The notes under the pieces: generated by a model
The model's input: the letters and a program-made list of their open reading frames with translations, nothing else
Told to the model about the DNA's origin: nothing
The model's database searches: none
Program-made: the position numbers and the translations under genes
Virus record (IMG/VR): IMGVR_UViG_3300032092_000005
Coordinates: 32,001-96,000 of that record
Source of the DNA: a virus
Length of the DNA stretch: 64,000 nucleotides
Direction: 5' to 3' (one strand)
Shown here: positions 7,048 to 14,036 of the stretch, one piece after another
Numbering within the stretch: the first letter of the stretch is position 1
Layout of the letters: every line of letters starts with the position of its first letter

Positions 7048-7158
7048 TATTAAAGCATATTTCAGGTTGGGCTAGATTCGCGGTTTAGCTATTTGGGTAT
7101 CATGGACTAGGTAATTACTAGCACCGGTACTAAGATACGAAATGTGTTTTAATATGGT
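7044..7158 (+). ncRNA. CCA-anchored stem element, copy C
   Basis: ACCATATTAAAGCATATTTC...GAAATGTGTTTTAATATGGT with multi-hairpin insert. Confidence 0.6.
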
Positions 7159-7163
7159 AGTTT

Positions 7164-7240
7164 GCCCTGGTGACGGAATTGGTATACGTACTGGTCTTAG
7201 AAACCAGGTTTTGCGAGTTCGAGTCTCGCCTAGGGCACCA
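7164..7240 (+). tRNA. tRNA-Leu(TAG), short variable loop
   Basis: CT-TAG-AA loop; V-region only GTTTT. Confidence 0.88.
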
Positions 7241-7252
7241 AAAGTATTTTAT

Positions 7253-7329
7253 GCGTCTGTAATTCAATTGGACAGAAATTCAGTCTTCGAAACTGAAAGT
7301 TGGGAGTTCGAATCTCTCTAGACGCACCA
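7253..7329 (+). tRNA. tRNA-Arg(TCG)
   Basis: CT-TCG-AA loop. Confidence 0.9.
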
Positions 7330-7426
7330 AATTAAAACATACTGCTTGCCTGACTGCAAAAGTCGTGGTAAACTACAAGAGAAAGAGGTTCGAATCCTCG
7401 GGACTGGTAGTGTGTTTTAATTTGGG
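7326..7426 (+). ncRNA. CCA-anchored stem element, copy D (contains a T-arm)
   Basis: ACCAAATTAAAACATACTGC...GTAGTGTGTTTTAATTTGGG; internal GAGG-TTCGAAT-CCTC. Confidence 0.6.
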
Positions 7427-7498
7427 CTGATGGTATAATTGGGAACACAGTGGCCTTGCAAGTCACAGTTGGGGGTTCGATTCCCCCTCGGTCCACCA
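7424..7498 (+). tRNA. tRNA-Ala(TGC)
   Basis: G3:U70, CT-TGC-AA loop. Confidence 0.92.
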
Positions 7499-7500
7499 AA

Positions 7501-7690
7501 TCTCGTTACTACTTTCGTTAAAGTAGCGTTTGATTAGCGATAGAGATCCGGTGGCAGAAAACCGTTAGCGAGGTCAAACTCAGGCTCTGATAGGCAGAAT
7601 CTCAACTGCACACAGACACACAGAATAAATGGAGATGGACAGAGTAACTGCTCAATTAAGGGCTGGCGTAGAACCCAGTAGCTTATCCTA
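7501..7690 (+). ncRNA. unidentified structured RNA
   Basis: several stems and a possible pseudoknot between tRNA-Ala and tRNA-Asp. Confidence 0.45.
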
Positions 7691-7695
7691 TTTAA

Positions 7696-7770
7696 GGCTC
7701 GTTCATATAATGGTCATTATCGCGGATTGTCTATCCGTAGATGGGAGTTCGATTCTCCCACGAGTCGCCA
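7696..7770 (+). tRNA. tRNA-Asp(GTC)
   Basis: TT-GTC-TA loop, G73. Confidence 0.9.
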
Positions 7771-7778
7771 GTTTTAAT

Positions 7779-7852
7779 CCTCCGTTAGCTCAATGGTAGA
7801 GCAATCGGCTGATAACCGATAGACAGAAGTTCAATTCTTCTACAGAGGACCA
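7779..7852 (+). tRNA. tRNA-Ile(GAT)
   Basis: CT-GAT-AA loop. Confidence 0.9.
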
Positions 7853-7863
7853 AAAAGTATTTC

Positions 7864-7947
7864 GGAGTGAATGGAACAATGGTGTTCTAGCCGGCTGTAA
7901 CCCGGTGGCCTTCGGGCAGGTAGGTTCGATCCCTACTCACTCCACCA
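7864..7947 (+). tRNA. tRNA-Tyr(GTA)
   Basis: CT-GTA-AC loop, V-arm. Confidence 0.88.
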
Positions 7948-7953
7948 GATTTT

Positions 7954-8013
7954 AGAATGCGTTCAGCAAAAAAATACATTGAACTTTTAATTCAAACCGT
8001 AAAAAAGCATTCT
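7954..8013 (+). ncRNA. Y-RNA-like small RNA, copy 4 (tRNA-Lys anticodon stem-loop cargo)
   Basis: AGAATGC-GTTCAGCAA...GCATTCT-GTT; internal TTGAA-CTTTTAA-TTCAA. Confidence 0.7.
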
Positions 8014-8038
8014 GTTGTTTACATATATAATACGTTGT

Positions 8039-8114
8039 GTACGTGTGCGCCGAACGGCTAGGTAGCGGATTGCAAATCCGTATAATGCAGGTTCGAATCC
8101 TGTCACGTACTCCA
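8039..8114 (+). tRNA. tRNA-Cys(GCA)
   Basis: TT-GCA-AA loop, U73. Confidence 0.9.
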
Positions 8115-8128
8115 CACAAAAGATTTAT

Positions 8129-8207
8129 TCCGTAGAACCCGAGCATGGTGCATGGGCTTGACTGTTAATCAATGTTTAGCTGGGATCGTTACCCAGATAC
8201 GGAGCCA
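8129..8207 (+). tRNA. tRNA-Asn(GTT), atypical T-loop
   Basis: CT-GTT-AA loop; T-loop ATCGTTA. Confidence 0.78.
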
Positions 8208-8217
8208 AAAGTTATAT

Positions 8218-8293
8218 TGCGGGTAGTGCCCAGTCAACAGTCCAGTCTCATAAGCTCGGATCATCGGAGGTGCGAATCCTTCACCCGCAACCA
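8218..8293 (+). tRNA. tRNA-Met(CAT), initiator-like, atypical
   Basis: TGCGGGT/ACCCGCA-A-CCA acceptor, CT-CAT-AA loop, bulged anticodon stem. Confidence 0.7.
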
Positions 8294-8298
8294 GTTTT

Positions 8299-8353
8299 AG
8301 GATCAGTTCAGCAAACTTAAAAATTTCTCTTGTTCGGAAAAAAAGTTGATCCT
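8299..8353 (+). ncRNA. Y-RNA-like small RNA, copy 5
   Basis: AGGATCAG-TTCAGCAA...TTGATCCT-GTT. Confidence 0.7.
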
Positions 8354-8363
8354 GTTGTTTTTC

Positions 8364-8437
8364 GCCCTATTAGTATAATGGTATTACACCTGTTTTGTAA
8401 TCAGGTTACGGCAGTTCGATTCTGTCATGGGGCACCA
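8364..8437 (+). tRNA. tRNA-Thr(TGT)
   Basis: TT-TGT-AA loop. Confidence 0.9.
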
Positions 8438-8447
8438 AGTCATTTTT

Positions 8448-8521
8448 GCGGGGTTCATTTAATGGTAGGATTTCAGCCTTCCAAGCTGATAGTGCGAGTT
8501 CGATTCTCGCACCCCGCTCCA
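8448..8521 (+). tRNA. tRNA-Gly(TCC)
   Basis: CT-TCC-AA loop, U73. Confidence 0.92.
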
Positions 8522-8528
8522 ATATTTT

Positions 8529-8602
8529 CTCGGTGTGGTGAAATGGTATCACTCTTGGTTTGGGACCAAGGAGCGCAAGTTCGATTCTTGCCACCGAGAC
8601 CA
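8529..8602 (+). tRNA. tRNA-Pro(TGG)
   Basis: TT-TGG-GA loop. Confidence 0.92.
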
Positions 8603-8610
8603 CAAGTTTT

Positions 8611-8670
8611 AGGATAGTTACAGCAAAAAACAAAGCTAACTATTGGTTGTCTAGCGACAAAAGCTATCCT
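8611..8670 (+). ncRNA. Y-RNA-like small RNA, copy 6
   Basis: AGGATAGT-TACAGCAA...GCTATCCT-GTT. Confidence 0.7.
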
Positions 8671-8688
8671 GTTGTTTAATGAGGCTAT

Positions 8689-9234
8689 ATGAAAAAATGT
8701 CCAAAGTGTAATAGTACACATGAAAAAAATGGAAATTTTTGTTCCAGAAAGTGTGGTAATTCTAGGACATGGTCTGAAGAAGATAAGAAAAAAAAATCAG
8801 ATTCTGCTAAAAAATACTACGATGAAAATGTCCACCCAGGATTAGGAAAACCTGGATGGAAACATAGTGATGAACAGAAATTACTCAAAAAGAAATTGTC
8901 TCTTGAAATGTGGGATAAAATTGGTAGAAAATCGTCTGAGCATTATAGACTTGCAAATATTCACACAGTAAACAAATACAGAGCAAGAAGGTATGATGCT
9001 ATAACCGAATCTACAGACTTAAATCTAATTAAAGAGATTTATAAGTACTGTCCTAAAGGTTATGAAGTTGACCATATAATAGCTCTTGCATGTGAAGGCG
9101 AACATCATCAAGATAATTTACAATACCTTCCAGCAATAGAAAATAGAAAGAAAAACAAAACACAAAATTATAACAAGGATCTTGCCGTTCGTTGGCAAGA
9201 TGTATTAAAAATAAGTACAAGGAGTTCACTATGA
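8689..9234 (+). CDS. HNH homing-type endonuclease with N-terminal Zn finger
   Basis: CPKC..FCSRKC; EVDHIIAL..GEH...NLQYL...N..K. Confidence 0.8.
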   Translation: MKKCPKCNSTHEKNGNFCSRKCGNSRTWSEEDKKKKSDSAKKYYDENVHPGLGKPGWKHSDEQKLLKKKLSLEMWDKIGRKSSEHYRLANIHTVNKYRARRYDAITESTDLNLIKEIYKYCPKGYEVDHIIALACEGEHHQDNLQYLPAIENRKKNKTQNYNKDLAVRWQDVLKISTRSSL

Positions 9235-9476
9235 GTAATGACGAAAAAGGTTCTAAGGCAAGACCGTTCAGCGTGTCTCAGCATGAATATGATACAAGAT
9301 GGGATGCAATTTTCGCAAGAGAATTGCAAGAAAAAGCACTTGATGAATTAGTTCGTGAAAGCGAACGATTAGGACTTTATGATATTCCTATTGTAGAAAA
9401 AGATTTTATAAATGCTAATACAATTTTAGAAATGCCCGGAACAATCGGTAGCGCAAAAGTTATTCTAAAAGGTTAA
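9231..9476 (+). CDS. hypothetical protein
   Basis: AGGAG SD, ATG 9231 in the frame of ORF 9192..9476. Confidence 0.65.
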   Translation: MSNDEKGSKARPFSVSQHEYDTRWDAIFARELQEKALDELVRESERLGLYDIPIVEKDFINANTILEMPGTIGSAKVILKG

Positions 9477-9477
9477 T

Positions 9478-10236
9478 ATGAGAATTGTGATTGTAACGGG
9501 CGGCTTTGATCCACTTCATAGTGGACATGTTGCTTACATTAAAGCAGCTAGAGAACTAGGCGACAAATTGATTGTCGGTATAAACTCTGATGAATGGCTA
9601 TCGCGCAAAAAGGGGCGTCCCTTTATGTCGTGGCAAGAACGTGCAACTATCGTTTCAGCTATCGCAGAGGTTGACAGAGTTATCTGTTTTAATGATGGTG
9701 ACAATACTGCAATTGATGCAATTCGAAAAGCTAAAAAGATTTTTCCTAATCATGATATCATCTTTGCAAATGGCGGTGACAGGACAAAAGAAAATATACC
9801 CGAAATGGTATTTGATGATGTAGAGTTTGTGTTCAGCGTTGGCGGTGATAACAAAGCGAATTCTTCTAGTTGGATTTTAGAAGAATGGAAAACACCTAAG
9901 ACAGAACGGACATGGGGTTACTATCGTGTACTGCATGAAGTCGGTTCACAGGTTAAACTAAAAGAGTTGACGGTAATGCCTAAAACATGTTTGAGTATGC
10001 AGAGACATGATCAACGTGCAGAGTTCTGGTTTGTAGCTGAAGGAGAAGCCACGGTGTACACCTTGAATGAAGCTTCAACTGATCAAGAAGTTAAATGTCA
10101 ATTAATTGCACATGAGCATACATTTATCAAAACAAACGAATGGCATCAATTATGTAATGAAACTACAGAGCCTTTAAAGCTCATTGAAATTCAATACGGC
10201 AAAGCTTGTATTGAAGAAGACATAGAACGGTTATAA
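9478..10236 (+). CDS. cytidylyltransferase-like (HxGH) domain fused to mannose-6-P isomerase-type cupin
   Basis: GGFDPLHSGH; RTWGYY...SMQRH..RAEFW...IEIQYG. Confidence 0.8.
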   Translation: MRIVIVTGGFDPLHSGHVAYIKAARELGDKLIVGINSDEWLSRKKGRPFMSWQERATIVSAIAEVDRVICFNDGDNTAIDAIRKAKKIFPNHDIIFANGGDRTKENIPEMVFDDVEFVFSVGGDNKANSSSWILEEWKTPKTERTWGYYRVLHEVGSQVKLKELTVMPKTCLSMQRHDQRAEFWFVAEGEATVYTLNEASTDQEVKCQLIAHEHTFIKTNEWHQLCNETTEPLKLIEIQYGKACIEEDIERL

Positions 10237-10239
10237 TAT

Positions 10240-10313
10240 ATCTCGCTAGTGTAACGGCAGCATACGGGTCTCCAAAACCCTTGGTGGGAGTTCGAATCTC
10301 TCGCGGGATGCCA
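10240..10313 (+). tRNA. tRNA-Trp(CCA)
   Basis: CT-CCA-AA loop. Confidence 0.9.
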
Positions 10314-10319
10314 AATTTT

Positions 10320-10393
10320 GCGTGGTTAGTTAAATGGTAGAACCAAACGTTGCCAACGTTTAGACAGGAGTTCGATTCTCCTACCCCGCACCA
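10320..10393 (+). tRNA. tRNA-Gly(GCC)
   Basis: TT-GCC-AA loop. Confidence 0.88.
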
Positions 10394-10404
10394 AAAACTC
10401 ACAC

Positions 10405-10433
10405 TTGACAGAGTATCACTATGATGATACAAT
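10405..10433 (+). promoter_or_regulatory. sigma70-type promoter
   Basis: TTGACA-17-TACAAT. Confidence 0.7.
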
Positions 10434-10448
10434 AGTCTATCAAATATT

Positions 10449-10523
10449 CTGGCGTTAGTACAATGGATAGTACAGTAGGCTTCTACCCTTCTAATGGGAG
10501 TTCGATTCTCTCACGCCGGACCA
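10449..10523 (+). tRNA. tRNA-Arg(TCT)
   Basis: CT-TCT-AC loop. Confidence 0.88.
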
Positions 10524-10530
10524 AAAATAT

Positions 10531-10616
10531 GCGAGTGTGGTGGAACGGTATACACAACAGACTTAAAATCTGTCGCCTTAACGGGCTTGCGGGTTCGAAT
10601 CCCGCCTCTCGCACCA
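10531..10616 (+). tRNA. tRNA-Leu(TAA)
   Basis: CT-TAA-AA loop, V-arm. Confidence 0.92.
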
Positions 10617-10624
10617 AGTTTAGT

Positions 10625-10699
10625 GCCTTGGTAGCTTAATGGTAAAGCAGGCGACTCATAATCGCTTGAGTGGGAGTTCAATTCTCTCCCAAGGCACCA
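10625..10699 (+). tRNA. tRNA-Ile2(CAT)
   Basis: GGCGA-CTCATAA-TCGCT anticodon arm as in E. coli ileX. Confidence 0.85.
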
Positions 10700-10717
10700 T
10701 TTAAAAAGGAAAGTAAA

Positions 10718-11188
10718 ATGCGTAAATTAGATTTGAATGAAGTTAGAGAATACATCGAATCGCAGTCACCTGATACAAAAATTTATATCGGATGTGATTC
10801 CGAAAGATTGAATGTTGCGGGACAATGGTACGCAGATTACATTTTAGCAATTGTAGTACACATTAACGGAAGACATGGATGCAAATTGTTTGGAGAAATC
10901 CAACGTGAACGTGACTATGACCAGAAAGTCAGTCGCCCTAGATACAGGCTAATGACAGAAGTTTATAAAATTTCTGAATTGTACCTAAAACTAGCCGATG
11001 TGCTTGAAGGTAGACATGTTGAAGTCCATCTGGACATTAACCCTAATGAAATGCATGGATCATCATGTGTTATCAACGAGGCAATAGGCTATATCAAAGG
11101 AACATGTAATGTAGTTCCTATGGTAAAGCCAAAGGCGTTTGCAGCATCATATGCAGCAGACAGATATAAGAGTTTACACGTAGCTTAA
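10718..11188 (+). CDS. RNase H-like YkuK-family protein
   Basis: IYIGCDS...EVHLDIN...A.YAAD motifs. Confidence 0.75.
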   Translation: MRKLDLNEVREYIESQSPDTKIYIGCDSERLNVAGQWYADYILAIVVHINGRHGCKLFGEIQRERDYDQKVSRPRYRLMTEVYKISELYLKLADVLEGRHVEVHLDINPNEMHGSSCVINEAIGYIKGTCNVVPMVKPKAFAASYAADRYKSLHVA

Positions 11189-11198
11189 AGGATTTATT

Positions 11199-11564
11199 AT
11201 GAAACATTGGAACACATTGACGGAACTAGAAAGCTCCCTTATTCGGTTGGGAGAATTCAAAAATTTGTTTGAGTTGCTAACGGCTGGAGTAGATAACGGA
11301 TGTAGTCGGGAAGTGATTAATTCGGCTATCTATACCATGCACGGCATGATAGATAATATCAATGACGAAGCTATAGCTAATTTTCATACGCTATGGGAAG
11401 AAATTCGTCAGGATTCTTCTGATTCGGTGCCAGAGTTTGAGGGCGAGCCTGAACCTTTCCCCTACAGTAACGAAAAAGAGCCTTACAATCCTGACGAGGA
11501 AGAAGCATTTCAGCGCCTTGAGAATGCTCTCCGGACATGGAAAAATACTAGCCCAGGAGACTGA
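11199..11564 (+). CDS. hypothetical protein
   Basis: 121 aa ORF, AAGGA SD. Confidence 0.65.
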   Translation: MKHWNTLTELESSLIRLGEFKNLFELLTAGVDNGCSREVINSAIYTMHGMIDNINDEAIANFHTLWEEIRQDSSDSVPEFEGEPEPFPYSNEKEPYNPDEEEAFQRLENALRTWKNTSPGD

Positions 11565-11637
11565 TCCAAACGGTCCACCAGCGGGTTTCCGTACTACATA
11601 AGTACATTACCCTTAGCTGACGCGCCAAACCCGCTCC

Positions 11638-11663
11638 AAACCGCCTCCAAGGGCGGTTTTTTT
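11638..11663 (+). terminator. intrinsic terminator
   Basis: AAACCGCC-TCCAAG-GGCGGTTT plus U-tract. Confidence 0.75.
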
Positions 11664-11724
11664 GTTGTTTTTTTGCAACAAACCTCTAAATAATGCTTGA
11701 CTGCCAGCTGGATTCATGTAAAAT
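11663..11724 (+). promoter_or_regulatory. promoter with TGTTG-N8-CAACA box
   Basis: box 11663-11680; TTGACT 11697; TAAAAT 11719. Confidence 0.7.
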
Positions 11725-11748
11725 TAGTACTTATTAGAGAGGTTCCCC

Positions 11749-11892
11749 ATGAATTACATTCTGATTACTCCTAATGGACGGGTCGTCCCGTTCTACTTGC
11801 TATCCGTAGCACAAACCTACCAGACGGCTTACGGTGGTACTCTAATAGACACTACTGTTGTATTTGCACAACAAACTGAAAATATTTCTTGA
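11749..11892 (+). CDS. small hypothetical protein
   Basis: hand-translated 47 aa MNYILITPNG..., GAGAGG SD. Confidence 0.55.
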   Translation: MNYILITPNGRVVPFYLLSVAQTYQTAYGGTLIDTTVVFAQQTENIS

Positions 11893-11916
11893 CAGGGTTC
11901 CAAAACCTGTTATTAT
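11856..11916 (+). promoter_or_regulatory. promoter with TGTTG-N8-CAACA box
   Basis: box 11856-11873; TTGACA 11889; TATTAT 11911. Confidence 0.75.
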
Positions 11917-11947
11917 AGAGACTTAGATTGATTGAAAAGGTTTTGTT

Positions 11948-12697
11948 ATGAAGTTGCTCTCCACTGGTAATCCTAAAGTGCTTAAAGGTATGGCTCAAGG
12001 CTATAACACTTACATTCTGCACCTCGCGCCTGCCAGTCTGAGCGGCTACAATACCTGCGCCAAAGCTACTACAGGCTGCAAGGCTGCTTGCCTGAATACT
12101 GCTGGTCGTGGCGGTATGTTCAAAAGAGGCGAGACTACTAACGTGATCCAAAAAGCACGGATTCGGAAGACTGTTATGTTTTTCGAGGACCGTGAAGTGT
12201 TCATGGCTTTGCTAGTCAAGGACATTGAATTAGCTATCAAGCAAAGCATCCGCATGGACCTGATTCCTGTAGTTCGCTTGAACGGCACTTCGGACATCCC
12301 ATTTGAAAAGTATGAAGTCGTGCGCAACGGCATTACTTACCGTAACATTTTTGCTGCCTTTCCTGACCTGGAATTCTATGACTACACCAAGATTCTTGGT
12401 CGTAAAGTTGATCACATTGAAAACTATAGCCTGACATTCTCAGCCGCTGACGGCAACGATATGGATGTTCTCCGTGCTATGCAACAAGGCTACAATATCG
12501 CTACTGTTTTCGGCATCAAGAAAACTCTGCCGATGCCTGAGACTTACATGGGTCGTCCTGTGTTCAATGGTGACGAATCCGACCTGCGTTTTCTTGATCC
12601 GCATGGCGTGATTGTCGGCTTGTATGCTAAAGGCAAAGCTAAAAAAGACACTTCTGGTTTTGTGAAATACCCAACAATTATGTTGATGGCTGCTTGA
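11948..12697 (+). CDS. GP88-like phage protein (Cys cluster, radical-SAM-like)
   Basis: C..AT.GC...CL; VRLNGTSD; FYDYTK; DLRFLD. Confidence 0.65.
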   Translation: MKLLSTGNPKVLKGMAQGYNTYILHLAPASLSGYNTCAKATTGCKAACLNTAGRGGMFKRGETTNVIQKARIRKTVMFFEDREVFMALLVKDIELAIKQSIRMDLIPVVRLNGTSDIPFEKYEVVRNGITYRNIFAAFPDLEFYDYTKILGRKVDHIENYSLTFSAADGNDMDVLRAMQQGYNIATVFGIKKTLPMPETYMGRPVFNGDESDLRFLDPHGVIVGLYAKGKAKKDTSGFVKYPTIMLMAA

Positions 12698-12761
12698 CAA
12701 GACTTCTGCAACACTGTATAATAACAGTGTTGGTTGTTGATAATGTATTAAGGAATTAATT

Positions 12762-13781
12762 ATGAGAAAATTAGCTACTATTCGAAAGATTGATGCATTG
12801 AATCCTATTGAGGGTGCTGATGCTATTGAATGCGCAACCGTAGGTGGTTGGAAAGTTGTTGTTAAGAAAGGTGAATACAATGTAGGAGACCGTGTTGTCT
12901 ACTGCGAGATTGACTCATGGATTCCTACTGAGTTAGCACCATTCCTATCAAAGGGAAAAGAACCTCGAGAATTCGAAGGCATCAAAGGTGAACGTCTTCG
13001 TACCATCAAGCTGCGCGGTCAGTTGTCACAAGGTTTGCTGTTGCCGTGGACTGTAGGAGGCGGCGTGCTGGACATGGCGCAGATGTTTGCAGGCGAAGGC
13101 GATGATGTATCGGAACTGCTTGGTATTGTGAAGTGGGAAATGCCCATGAATGCACAACTTGCGGGCATGGCACGTGGTAACTTTCCATCTGCAATTCCTA
13201 AGACTGACCAAGAACGTGCGCAAAATCTTGTTGGAGAAATTCTTGCTGCTGCACAAGCTGGTACTCAATTTGAGATTACCGAAAAGCTTGAAGGCTCTTC
13301 AATGACTTGCTACTTGATTGATGGAGAATTTGGTGTTTGCTCACGTAACCTCGACTTGAAGGAAACTGAAGGCAATGCATTCTGGCAAGTTGCGCGGCGT
13401 GATGACATTGAGGCAAAAATGCGTATCGGCCGAAATTTTGCTATTCAAGGCGAGTTGATTGGTCCTGGCATTCAAGGTAATATCTACAAACTACGTGAAC
13501 CAGAGTTCCGTGTGTTTGATGTATACAATATTCAAGGTGGTTGCTATTTGGATCCAGCTGACCGGCGTGAGTTGATTGAGAGCATGGGACTGAAACATGT
13601 TCCTGTTATGTACGTTGACAAGGATCTTGGTGTTGGCTCTGTAGAAGAAATTCTGCAATGGGCTGAAGGTGCATCAAAGCTGAACGAAAAGCAAGAACGT
13701 GAAGGTATCGTATTTAAGGAAGTGAATGGCGGTATGTCATTCAAGGCTATTTCAAATAAGTATCTGCTAGGAGAAAAGTAA
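12762..13781 (+). CDS. RNA ligase, DRB0094 family
   Basis: N-terminal RKLATIRKI..IEGADAIE OB domain; motif I EKLEGSS; QGELIGPGIQ; EGIVFK; FKAISNKY. Confidence 0.88.
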   Translation: MRKLATIRKIDALNPIEGADAIECATVGGWKVVVKKGEYNVGDRVVYCEIDSWIPTELAPFLSKGKEPREFEGIKGERLRTIKLRGQLSQGLLLPWTVGGGVLDMAQMFAGEGDDVSELLGIVKWEMPMNAQLAGMARGNFPSAIPKTDQERAQNLVGEILAAAQAGTQFEITEKLEGSSMTCYLIDGEFGVCSRNLDLKETEGNAFWQVARRDDIEAKMRIGRNFAIQGELIGPGIQGNIYKLREPEFRVFDVYNIQGGCYLDPADRRELIESMGLKHVPVMYVDKDLGVGSVEEILQWAEGASKLNEKQEREGIVFKEVNGGMSFKAISNKYLLGEK

Positions 13782-13782
13782 A

Positions 13783-13911
13783 ATGGCAGCCCTCCAGCAT
13801 TCCTTTATCCGAAAATTGGTCTGCGGATACGTATATTGCGCACATTGTGGACTGGTTAGACTGAATAATAGGGCTACAGAGCAAGCTATCCGAGCCGCTT
13901 GTCCACGATAA
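13783..13911 (+). CDS. small Zn-finger-like protein
   Basis: hand-translated 42 aa with H..CAHC..C. Confidence 0.45.
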   Translation: MAALQHSFIRKLVCGYVYCAHCGLVRLNNRATEQAIRAACPR

Positions 13912-13921
13912 AACTTCAAGG

Positions 13922-14009
13922 TGTTGCGTAAAAACAACACTTTTTTTTGTTGTTTTTTTGCTACAAAACCAAAAATAGTTCTTGCAATTCTTGCCGGGTG
14001 TGGTATAAT
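13922..14009 (+). promoter_or_regulatory. promoter with two TGTTG-N8-CAACA boxes
   Basis: boxes 13922-13939 and 13948-13965; TTGCAA 13982; TATAAT 14004. Confidence 0.75.
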
Positions 14010-14036
14010 AGAGACTTAGACAGACAGAAACAGATC

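Noticed and set aside
7501-7690. HDV-like theta ribozyme after a tRNA
   Set aside because: I could not build the nested double pseudoknot starting at the tRNA 3' end, so it is left as an unidentified RNA.
4704-8670. Repeated handle motifs as a CRISPR array
   Set aside because: Repeats covary rather than being identical, spacing is irregular, and no cas operon is present. The Cas4-like gene is the usual T4-like exonuclease.
3533-8721. ORF-track ORFs overlapping the tRNA arrays (e.g. 3533-3811, 4423-4659, 8330-8617, 8406-8633)
   Set aside because: They are translations of tRNA genes or their antisense and lack SD sites.
3650-10699. Stop-codon reassignment or suppressor tRNAs
   Set aside because: No CTA, TTA or TCA anticodon was found, and long genes are intact in the standard code (gp59 ends in TAG).
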